IMG/VR virus record: IMGVR_UViG_2541047895_000008 | Coordinates: 1 to 47,766 of that record | Reading direction: 5' to 3' (one strand) | Origin: a virus | Taxonomy: Duplodnaviria; Heunggongvirae; Uroviricota; Caudoviricetes | Length of the DNA stretch: 47,766 nt | Shown: one piece after another, positions 28,838-36,699 of the stretch | Layout of the letters: each line of letters begins with the position of its first letter | Numbering within the stretch: position 1 is the stretch's first letter | Made by a program: the position numbers and the translations under genes | Notes under the pieces: model-generated | What the model was told of the DNA's origin: nothing | Database searches by the model: none | The model's input: only the letters and a program-made list of their open reading frames with translations

Positions 28838-30688
28838 TTATGCTGCCGGTGCATTTATCTCCAGCACCAGACTTTCTATCTCAACGCCATACGCTGCATT
28901 TTTTGTAACATCCGTCAGCGTCAGCGCATTCAGTCCCAGTGTCAGACCGTCTTTTATAACCTGGAATGCCGGGCCAGCCACTCCATTCAGTTTCGGAGTA
29001 ACCGTGGCACTGCCGGCGGTGAACACCAGCTCCAGCGTCTGCCAGTCGTTACCGTAATCGCCGAACTCCCCCAGCTTCGTGTTTCCGGCTTTCCTGTGAT
29101 GCATCAGATTCACTCTGCCGTCAGTGGTCTGAGTGAAGTACGACATCAGGAACGGATTACCGGTACCCGTCATCGCCACACCATCAGGAACGGGAGCATC
29201 CGTATACAGATAAATCCCCAGCCCGAACTGATTGTTGGTCAGTGCGCCTGACAGGCGGAACTTACAGGTCAGTCTGCCGCCCTGTGTCAGCAGGGTAATT
29301 GCGTCATCCACCGGATGCGTCAGGGACCAGGTTTTATTGCTCTGCTTGGTGATCTTAAATACACCATCTGACAACTGAATTCCGCCATCCTTAATGCTCC
29401 AGCCCTGCGCAGCAGCCTCTCCGGCTGCCGGCAGCAGGGAGATTGTGCGAACGGACGTATCTGCAGACGGACCCGATGGCGTGTTGCCGCCGGGCGAGGG
29501 TTTGATTTCCGGTGCCTTACCACTGATGAAGGCTGAGGTGCGCCCGGCTGCGTTCAGAATAGCGGTTGCCAGACGATCCGGAATAATGCTCCTGCGCGCC
29601 CATGAACTGAAATGTGTCGGGCGGTTTGATGATACCTGGTTTCCATTCGTTCTCGATGCCGCACCGTAATATCCTGATGCCGGAATATCCGGATCTTCTG
29701 CCGGCGCGTTAGTGGCGGTATTGACGCCGTTACCGTCTGTCATGAAGGGCACAAAATAAACGCCCTCACTCTCCCTGTTTTTATACCCGCCGTACACGGT
29801 GTCGTATTGGGTAGCGTATGTATTTTTCCAGTAATACGTCGTGTCACCACAAATCCACGGCACATCTGCAGCGCTGCCACCATGGCACTGCGCGTTAAAC
29901 ACGGAGAGGTCAGCACGAAACTGTGTCAGCATGGCTGTAAACAGCGCAGGTTGCTGTGCGTGGGTGGCGGCGCTCATGTCAAACTCACCCTGCATCCAGC
30001 AGACGGCCAGCAGAACGTTTTTGGGATTTTTCTGCAATGCCGCTTTTGTGCGGGAAATCAGATCCTGATATAACGGCTTGCCCCCCCCCCAGCGTGCCGA
30101 ATCCTGACTGGCCCCCGTGGACTCGCTGAATGTCCCCTCCGCGCCCTGGGTAAATGCCGAACCACCACGACAGCATGGTACCAGCAGGATCCCCGCGTTA
30201 TTCGGGATATACGGGAGCAGTTTTTTGGCAATATGTAAACCCTGGCCGACACAGCCGTACTGCCCTTTGCTCAGGTCAGCCCTCGGATGATTCAGCGTAC
30301 TCATATCCTGCACATCATGCAGACAGTGGTCAGCCGGAATAATATCGTTATATCTGCAGGCAGCCCCGCCCGGCGTCACTGTACTGCGGCGCGCCAGCTG
30401 TTTAATGCGCGGATCCGGAGCATCGTATGAATCCGGCAGCGGAAGCCCTTCACCGTAAGCCATGGCATTGGACTGCCCGGCCAGTACGATGACGTAGTAC
30501 CAATCCGGCTCAGATGAAGGGCCGACCTGTGGCTCTCCTTCAATAGCCACCGCCTGCATCAGTGTGTACGGCGTAATGGCAACCGGTCCGCCGTATGGCT
30601 GCCAGCCCTCTTTCAGTTTGTGTGTCAGCTTTTCCGCAAGGTCTGACGGCGACGCCGCCCTGACAACATCATAATGTTTAATCGACAT
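28838..30688 (-). CDS. nanS-p: NanS-p-like sialate O-acetylesterase (DUF1737 plus SASA domain)
   Basis: MSIKHYDVVRAASPSDLAEKLTHKLKEGWQPYGG.. (DUF1737) then esterase domain; sits between the stx-equivalent position and the holin as in Stx phages. Contains a G10 tract. Confidence 0.8.
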   Translation of the reverse strand: MSIKHYDVVRAASPSDLAEKLTHKLKEGWQPYGGPVAITPYTLMQAVAIEGEPQVGPSSEPDWYYVIVLAGQSNAMAYGEGLPLPDSYDAPDPRIKQLARRSTVTPGGAACRYNDIIPADHCLHDVQDMSTLNHPRADLSKGQYGCVGQGLHIAKKLLPYIPNNAGILLVPCCRGGSAFTQGAEGTFSESTGASQDSARWGGGKPLYQDLISRTKAALQKNPKNVLLAVCWMQGEFDMSAATHAQQPALFTAMLTQFRADLSVFNAQCHGGSAADVPWICGDTTYYWKNTYATQYDTVYGGYKNRESEGVYFVPFMTDGNGVNTATNAPAEDPDIPASGYYGAASRTNGNQVSSNRPTHFSSWARRSIIPDRLATAILNAAGRTSAFISGKAPEIKPSPGGNTPSGPSADTSVRTISLLPAAGEAAAQGWSIKDGGIQLSDGVFKITKQSNKTWSLTHPVDDAITLLTQGGRLTCKFRLSGALTNNQFGLGIYLYTDAPVPDGVAMTGTGNPFLMSYFTQTTDGRVNLMHHRKAGNTKLGEFGDYGNDWQTLELVFTAGSATVTPKLNGVAGPAFQVIKDGLTLGLNALTLTDVTKNAAYGVEIESLVLEINAPAA

Positions 30689-31166
30689 CGAATTTCTCCC
30701 GTGTAGAGGAACAGAGTTAAAAAGCCGGAAGCGGAATCAAATCACAGGATGACCATCTGCCAGTGGCTGGTCGTAAAAAAAAGGCCGCGCCATGCGCAGC
30801 CGAAAATAAAGGGATAACGATGATAGTTTGAGAAAAACAGAAATAACACTTTTGTGGCAAAGCATGGTGCCGGGTGCCTCCCGGTGAATTCAGTATCAGC
30901 ACCTGAATCCGCGATTACCCCATATTCCTTCTTGCTGATTGCCCCACCGCACAGGGGGATTCACCATGCAGAAGTGTTTTTAATAAACAGCAAACAAAAA
31001 AATCAAGCATTATGCAGGCTGTTTCTTTTTATCACCGGCCACAGCAATACCATAATGCCGCAGACCAGCACCCCATCCGCCAGCACCGACATGATTCTGC
31101 TGGTGAAATCCACCATCACCACCAGAAACAGCAGGAGTGCAGCCACAGTCAGGCGCAGTTTTACCG

Positions 31167-31599
31167 TCACAGGTAATTCTCCAGACGAAGACCCAGAACA
31201 CCGGCAATCTCTTCCAGCACCTTGCGCTCTTCCGGCTCAATTTCGCCGTCTGCCTCCGCAATGGCCACCGCCACATCCAGCACATCTTCCGCTTCACGCG
31301 TATCGTGTTTCACATCCTCGATCTCACGTAACGCCGCACGACGACCAGTTTTAAAGTTCGTATCCAGCTGACCGATAATGGTTGCGCTAATCGCATTAAT
31401 TTCTGACGTAAACGCGTACAGCGCAGGCTGATTACGCAGTACCTGTTCGATCTTCGCTTTCTAGGAAGCCTCACATTCACCATCTGCACAGGCCACCAGG
31501 TATGCGGCGTTAATCACCACCTGTGCCAGATCGCGTTTTTCAAACTTTTTAATTTCCGTTGCCGCTCTGCGGGCTTTTTTTACCAAAAATACCAAACAT
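31167..31599 (-). pseudogene. TerB-like (tellurite-resistance-domain) ORF disrupted by a frameshift and an in-frame TAG
   Basis: ATG at 31599 then an A7 run shifts frame after 16 codons. The other frame reads ..AAYLVACADGECEAS-TAG-KAKIEQ...VAIAEADGEIEPEERKVLEEIAGVLGLRLENYL with paired ADG-type motifs; TAG at 31461..31463. Confidence 0.5.
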
Positions 31600-31768
31600 C
31601 GTGACGTTCCTTTGGGTGGGTGAGCCAACGCCCGGGAGCGATCTGCCCACAGAGAAAGTCACACTGACCACTCCATAAGCTCCCCCCGAAAGGCTCTGTG
31701 GTTGGTATGCGCCGGGCGTGGTGCGGATACAAAAAAGGTCCGCAAAAGCGAGCGAGGGAAAATAAGTG

Positions 31769-31845
31769 TGGTGCGTTGTACTGGGTTCGAACCAGTGACC
31801 GATTGCTTAGAAGGCAATTGCTCTGTCCGGCTGAGCTAAAAACGC
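31769..31845 (-). tRNA. argO: tRNA-Arg (anticodon UCU)
   Basis: Cloverleaf GCGUUUUUAGCUCAG...CCUUCUAAGCA...GGUUCGAACC...ACGCACCA; third of the phage tRNA trio. Confidence 0.8.
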
Positions 31846-31858
31846 AGAATACCGATAA

Positions 31859-31935
31859 TGGACCGCCATCGGAGACTCGAACCCCGCGAAACCAGCTTCG
31901 AAGGCTGGCGTTCTATCCCGATGAGCTAATGGCGG
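31859..31935 (-). tRNA. argN: tRNA-Arg (anticodon UCG)
   Basis: Acceptor stem CCGCCAU/AUGGCGG, anticodon loop CUUCGAA, T-arm GGGGUUCGAGUCUCCG, 3' UCCA. Confidence 0.7.
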
Positions 31936-31942
31936 TATGTGA

Positions 31943-32018
31943 TGGTGGCCCTTGCTGGATTTGAACCAGCGGCCTGGCGATTATGAGTCGCTCGCTCTCA
32001 CCACTGAGCTAAAGGGCC
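31943..32018 (-). tRNA. ileZ: tRNA-Ile2/Met-like (anticodon CAU)
   Basis: GGCCCUUUAGCUCAGUGGU..GACUCAUAAUCGC..GGUUCAAAUCC..GGGCCACCA, close to the ileX-type tRNA. Confidence 0.8.
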
Positions 32019-32143
32019 GGGCGCAGGATAATAACGTTACGAAATCAATGTTGCAAGCATTCAAGAATCACCTGGTTAAAAATTACCCTTGCTTCCTCCA
32101 CCAGCGCATTCACCATGTCTATCCGAGATAAGTGGCACAAAAA

Positions 32144-32165
32144 AACCCGCTTGTGGGCGGGTTTT
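32144..32165 (-). terminator. tR'-like terminator of the short late leader transcript
   Basis: cccgc-ccacaa-gcggg hairpin followed by U7 on the - strand, ~65 nt after the Q-like stop. Confidence 0.65.
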
Positions 32166-32228
32166 GTTTGCTTTTGCCATCACGTACAAAATCGGCAAAA
32201 TATCAGATTTGCATGAAATATATGCCTT

Positions 32229-32924
32229 TCAATCTACTTTTGCAACACTTTGCTTTGAAAATGCCGCCTTTTGTTTTGAACGCGTTCTCATTACAAACAA
32301 TAAAGCCTCACTATCCAGTCGGTGAAAAATGTGTTTCATTGCAACCCAGTGACGAGTAAATGTTTTGGACCAGTTTTTAGTTGTCACTCCCACCAGTAAT
32401 GCCAGCTCCTTGTATTCATAACCTTCCCCACCAAAAAGTTCTGCTTTTACTGCCTGCGCCGCCAGCCAGATTAATTTTTTCAGGCGTTCCTGCGTTTTCC
32501 CTGCAATTTTTCTGGTACCGGATTGAGTATTAAATTCATTCCACGCCCACTGTGTTATCGCGATCTGATATTCCCAACAAATACTCCCGCTGTAACACCA
32601 CAACAACCAGGCTTTATGATGTTCTTCAAGAGACAGAACAGCCCGCCGCCACGATGATGTCGAAAACTCAATCGGACTGACCAGAGGAATTGACGTCCCC
32701 TTCGCCAGCGATTGCTTTCCCGGGATTGGTGGATTATCCCGCGTTATCATTTTTCCAGTCACTTCATCGCGGTACCGGATTTTTTTTCGCCTGTAACGCC
32801 CTGTATCGAACATGGCATTCTCCTGCCAGGCTTCAAGCTGACCTTTTGTTGCCCCACTCAAATCAGCGGTGGCGATAATGAGCTGCTCACGCACAAACTG
32901 TAAATACTGGTTATTCATGCGCAC
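32229..32924 (-). CDS. Putative late-gene antiterminator (Q-like, by position)
   Basis: 231-aa ORF immediately upstream of the tR'-like terminator and tRNAs and downstream of rusA; family not confirmed from sequence. Confidence 0.5.
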   Translation of the reverse strand: MRMNNQYLQFVREQLIIATADLSGATKGQLEAWQENAMFDTGRYRRKKIRYRDEVTGKMITRDNPPIPGKQSLAKGTSIPLVSPIEFSTSSWRRAVLSLEEHHKAWLLWCYSGSICWEYQIAITQWAWNEFNTQSGTRKIAGKTQERLKKLIWLAAQAVKAELFGGEGYEYKELALLVGVTTKNWSKTFTRHWVAMKHIFHRLDSEALLFVMRTRSKQKAAFSKQSVAKVD

Positions 32925-33280
32925 TCCAGTTCTGTGATTTTTATCCCCAGCCGCCCACCGGGAACAGTCTGACCGCGCACAATATTGATTTCATCAAACT
33001 GCTCGTCGTCTATGAGTAGTCCGGCATGCGTCAGCGCATCCAGTGGTGCTTTCAGGATATTGTCCAGGTCGCGGTGGCGCTTATCTGGTGGCTCTGCGGT
33101 GATTCTGATTGCCAGCCTTCCGGACAGGTTCAGTTTCAGCCGCTGCTGGCGAACAATTAGCGCCACATCACGGCGATAACGCTCACCGACTTTTGACACA
33201 AAATAGGTACTGCCGCGGCGGCGCCAGTAGGTATTCACCGTCGGCGGGTAAGGCAAAACAAATTCTATGCGTTCAGTCAT
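32915..33280 (-). CDS. rusA: Holliday junction resolvase RusA
   Basis: ..LPYPPTVNTYWRRRG...DKRHRDLDNILKAPLDALTHAG.. matches the RusA family. Confidence 0.85.
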   Translation of the reverse strand: MTERIEFVLPYPPTVNTYWRRRGSTYFVSKVGERYRRDVALIVRQQRLKLNLSGRLAIRITAEPPDKRHRDLDNILKAPLDALTHAGLLIDDEQFDEINIVRGQTVPGGRLGIKITELECA

Positions 33281-34339
33281 TTATGCTTTCCACGTCAGAA
33301 CACCCGAATTTCTCGCGTGCATTAAAAAACGAATCAGCAACAACAGCTGGCTGCCGTGTTTTTCTTCAAAATCTTTTACCCCGGCGTGCAGTTCGTTATG
33401 GCATTTACGGCACAGCGGAATAACAAACAAATCGTCAGCCTTTGTTCCCGTCCCTCCCAGTCCATGACCAATGATGTGATGCGGATCATCTGCCTGGTTG
33501 CCACACGTCATGCATTTCTGCGTTTTTACCCAGCGTGTGTATACCGGCATCTCTTCCCGTTGTGGTTTCTGGCGCTGGAGATACTGAGCAGGAGACTCCG
33601 GATCAACGGTGATGCTGACCACCGCCTTTTCCTGTGGTGGGATTTGTTGCTGGTGGACGTGAGGTGGCAGCGCAATATTTTTTGTGCGCTGCTTCAGTAT
33701 GCTGGTGGCTGTCTGCTCTCCCGGTACAATATCGCTCTCGCGGTGTACTGAGCGGATTTTTTCCGCACGTAACCCCAGAGAACGACGTAATACCGCCTCC
33801 GGTAGCGCGTCCGCCACCTGATTGCAGACCGCCCACCAGGATAATTCAGCCAGCGATAATTCCCGCGCCTGCGTGCCATTCATTGCATGGCGTATGACGT
33901 CAATCATCCAGGCTGTCAGATTTTGTTGAGCAAGTTGCCCGAGTGATTCGGATGTCTGGTCACGCAACTGGTTGTCGCAGTGCCAGCACAACACCATCGC
34001 GCCAGCACCGTAACGGTGAATGACGGTTTCACTATGGTGATAATCGCCGTGTGGCCACTGGCAGGATTTAACATGGCGTAACAGCCAGTCAGACAGCGCA
34101 CCAACACCACCAGCAGCGCGAATCACCCGTTCGTTGCTGAAAAATGGCAGTAATGAGTCATCTTCCGCCAGCGGCTGGCGGACGGCAGGAACGACACCGG
34201 ACGGCAGATTGCGCATGCTTTTCGGTTCCGGCTCCACGAGCACTCGAGGATTGTGAAATACCTGCATGGATTCACGACCTGGCTTAAGGACCACCAGCCC
34301 GAGTTCCGGCACCAGAACAGGTCTAAGTAATACCCGCAC
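33281..34339 (-). CDS. DUF968-family protein (YdfU-like, HNH-like C-terminal motif)
   Basis: C-terminal ..CMTCGNQADDPHHIIGHGLGGTGTKADD..IPLCRKCHNELH.. ; GTG start with GGAGG SD, stop-start coupled to the upstream gene. Confidence 0.7.
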   Translation of the reverse strand: MRVLLRPVLVPELGLVVLKPGRESMQVFHNPRVLVEPEPKSMRNLPSGVVPAVRQPLAEDDSLLPFFSNERVIRAAGGVGALSDWLLRHVKSCQWPHGDYHHSETVIHRYGAGAMVLCWHCDNQLRDQTSESLGQLAQQNLTAWMIDVIRHAMNGTQARELSLAELSWWAVCNQVADALPEAVLRRSLGLRAEKIRSVHRESDIVPGEQTATSILKQRTKNIALPPHVHQQQIPPQEKAVVSITVDPESPAQYLQRQKPQREEMPVYTRWVKTQKCMTCGNQADDPHHIIGHGLGGTGTKADDLFVIPLCRKCHNELHAGVKDFEEKHGSQLLLLIRFLMHARNSGVLTWKA

Positions 34340-34340
34340 G

Positions 34341-34619
34341 TTACCTCCAGATCCGTTGCTGGTATGTGCGGGATGAACGCGGTGGGCGTTCGGAGTAAGG
34401 GAGTCTGACTGAGATTATCCAGTGACGGTAGTCGAGGCTAAGAGCTTTCTTAACCTCGTATCCGCGCCTGCGGTAACACTGAATTATCCATTCCGCCTGC
34501 TCTTCAGTGCATGGAGGATGCTGGAACCAGTCTGATTTGAATGCGTGAAAACGCCGTCCGCACCTACTGGCAAAGACGGCAGAATCATTAGAATTGTGTA
34601 ATTTGGTATCGTGCGCCAT
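34341..34619 (-). CDS. Hypothetical 92-aa protein (between hok and DUF968)
   Basis: Start moved to the internal Met because the ORF-track extension overlaps the hok terminator hairpin. Confidence 0.45.
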   Translation of the reverse strand: MAHDTKLHNSNDSAVFASRCGRRFHAFKSDWFQHPPCTEEQAEWIIQCYRRRGYEVKKALSLDYRHWIISVRLPYSERPPRSSRTYQQRIWR

Positions 34620-34681
34620 CGGTTGTCTCTGCTGGCGCAGCAGGTGCCAGTTGTTCAGGCTGGCGTGCGAATTGTAAACCA

Positions 34682-34708
34682 GAATGCCAGGAAAAAACAA
34701 AACCCGCC
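34682..34708 (-). terminator. Rho-independent terminator downstream of hok
   Basis: aacccgc-ttcg-gcgggtt followed by ttgtttttt on the - strand. Confidence 0.65.
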
Positions 34709-34786
34709 GAAGCGGGTTACGTGCGGGTGCGTTGAGGATGCCTGACACATCAGAGGTGGCGAGGGATTTCTCCCTCGCCTGGTCTC

Positions 34787-34942
34787 TTACTCCTCAGGTT
34801 CGTAAGCAGTGAAGACAGCGACCTCCGTCTGGCCGGTTCGGATTCGTACCTCGCAGAGGTCTTTCCTCGTTACCAGTGCCGTCACAATGACGGTTAAACA
34901 GATGACGATCAGGGCGATTAACATCGCCTTTTGCTGCTTCAT
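34787..34942 (-). CDS. hokD: Hok/Gef-family type I toxin (HokD/RelF-like)
   Basis: MKQQKAMLIALIVICLTVIVTALVTRKDLCEVRIRTGQTEVAVFTAYEPEE (51 aa); AGGAG SD; structured leader upstream. Confidence 0.85.
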   Translation of the reverse strand: MKQQKAMLIALIVICLTVIVTALVTRKDLCEVRIRTGQTEVAVFTAYEPEE

Positions 34943-35641
34943 AGCCTGCTTCTCCTTGCCTTTCGGCACGTAAGAGGCTAACCTACATGTGTTCAGCATG
35001 GATTGAGCCTCAGATTAATGTTAAGCGTCTTGCAGGACGCGTAATGTTAACTGGGGCTTTTCTCTATCTGCCGTTGGTGTTCATGCCCGAGGCAGATAGC
35101 CTCAAGCACCCACAGCCATTCTACTTAACTACCGTTACCTCGCCAATATGAAATCAGTCAGAAAGGCGATCCATAAGAACAACAGCAAGGCAATAAATTG
35201 CCATTACAGCAGCAATAGCCAGCGCACATTTGAGAACAAGCACCACAACCTCCTGTATTGGACGTACACCAGTCCTGATAAATATGAGGCTGTCTCGTCA
35301 GTGATTCAATACAACTATTGGGTATAGTTTCTGTGATTTTGTTCTGTAGAAATGGAACACGACAACCAGTCACCACCAGCACTTCTTTAAATACGCCAAG
35401 TCCGACGCAAGCTAACCTTCTAGTCCGCTTTGAGCGAGAAGCGGACGTTCAATGTGATAAAGCTCAGGAACATTGTCGTTGATGATGATAAAGAGGATCA
35501 GACTAACTTAGCACTTCTCATCACGTTGATAAGGCATAGAAATTACAAACACTATTGTGAATATCGTTTTACTATAGTAAATTCAAGTAAGTTCTTTTCG
35601 TTCGTTATTACACAAAATAAAGTTCACTCTAAGGTTGAAAA

Positions 35642-36085
35642 ATGTTAGATATCAGAATGTCACGACCATCTGAAGCAGATGAGATCATACAAATCTGGAA
35701 GAGTTCAGTGGATGCTACCCACGACTTTCTTACAGGTCATGACCGACAAGAAATCGAAAAAGAAGTTGTCGGCTTTTTCTCAGAAACTCCTGTATGGGTT
35801 GCAACAAATCAGGATGACCAACCGCTAGGATTTATGTTTTTGCATAAGGGCCATCTGGAGGCACTTTTTGTAGCAGGCTCTGCTCGCGGACTTGGCGTCG
35901 GAAAACGTTTGATCTCTCATGCACTGGCACTGCATCCAGAGCTAAGCGTTGATGTAAATGAACAAAACCAGCAGGCTGTAGGGTTTTATCAGCATATGGG
36001 TTTTAAGGTATCAGGGCGTTCCGATCTGGATAATCAGGGAAGGCCATACCCCTTGTTGCATCTGAGAATGGCCAATAACATGTAA
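35642..36085 (+). CDS. GNAT N-acetyltransferase, YjaB-like
   Basis: ..WKSSVDATHDFL..PVWVA..FMFLHKGHLEALFV..RGLGVGKRLISHAL..VDVNEQNQQAVGFYQHMGFKV..GRPYPLL.. parallels E. coli YjaB as remembered. Confidence 0.7.
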   Translation: MLDIRMSRPSEADEIIQIWKSSVDATHDFLTGHDRQEIEKEVVGFFSETPVWVATNQDDQPLGFMFLHKGHLEALFVAGSARGLGVGKRLISHALALHPELSVDVNEQNQQAVGFYQHMGFKVSGRSDLDNQGRPYPLLHLRMANNM

Positions 36086-36105
36086 CCAATGTGGCAGAGA
36101 AGATA

Positions 36106-36690
36106 TCATTGATTTTTTTGGCTAAAAGCCACGATGTAAGAACAGCTCTGCTCACTATCTGGATTGCTCATTTGGTACTCGCTTGCAAAGGTAAGGGCAA
36201 GACAGTCACCGGCACGTAAATGATGGGTCTGATTTTTGACTCGAAAATCAAGGCTACCACTCATCACCCAAAGCGTTTGCCCGGAAAGATGCTCATTTGC
36301 GGAGGCGGGTATCGTCAACTCACCCATTGCAGGAATTTCAACTTTGATCAGTTCCGGGCATGCCCCCGCAGGAGACAAAGACCAACGAGTGATGCCTGAT
36401 TGCTCATCCGTCCAGTGCTGTTGCTGATGAGCAAAACGAACCAGGGAATTCTGATGTTGCTCAAGCTCTGCAAAGAGTTTAGATAGCGTTACATTCATGG
36501 CGTTGGCCAGGCGGCTAAGGATAGTTGCACTAGGGCTGGAGATGCCTCGTTCAATCTTACTAATCATGGCCTGACTGACGCCCGATCGTTGAGCAAGCTC
36601 TGTTACAGTCAAATTGCGAGCCTTCCTGTGTTTAAGCAATAAACGTGCAATATCGCTATCTACTATCTGATTTTTAGATTTTTTATCCAT
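36106..36690 (-). CDS. XRE-family HTH regulator with C-terminal cupin domain
   Basis: ..NLTVTELAQRSGVSQAMISKIERG.. HTH then cupin-like half; start set at the internal Met with SD gaggg. Confidence 0.65.
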   Translation of the reverse strand: MDKKSKNQIVDSDIARLLLKHRKARNLTVTELAQRSGVSQAMISKIERGISSPSATILSRLANAMNVTLSKLFAELEQHQNSLVRFAHQQQHWTDEQSGITRWSLSPAGACPELIKVEIPAMGELTIPASANEHLSGQTLWVMSGSLDFRVKNQTHHLRAGDCLALTFASEYQMSNPDSEQSCSYIVAFSQKNQ

Positions 36691-36699
36691 TTCAGCCCT

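Noticed and set aside
31010-31297. 95-aa Trp-rich ORF overlapping the TerB-like remnant
   Set aside because: Different frame from the TerB-like reading, implausible composition; the same DNA is better explained by the TerB-like remnant plus a short downstream peptide.
31020-31770. Search for stxA/stxB downstream of the phage tRNAs
   Set aside because: No A-subunit or B-subunit-like ORFs present; the space holds the TerB-like remnant instead.
35430-35648. 72-aa TTG-initiated ORF overlapping the GNAT start, considered as a possible antitoxin
   Set aside because: AT-rich promoter-like DNA, non-canonical start, no RHH/DUF1778-like features; the GNAT looks like YjaB, not a toxin.
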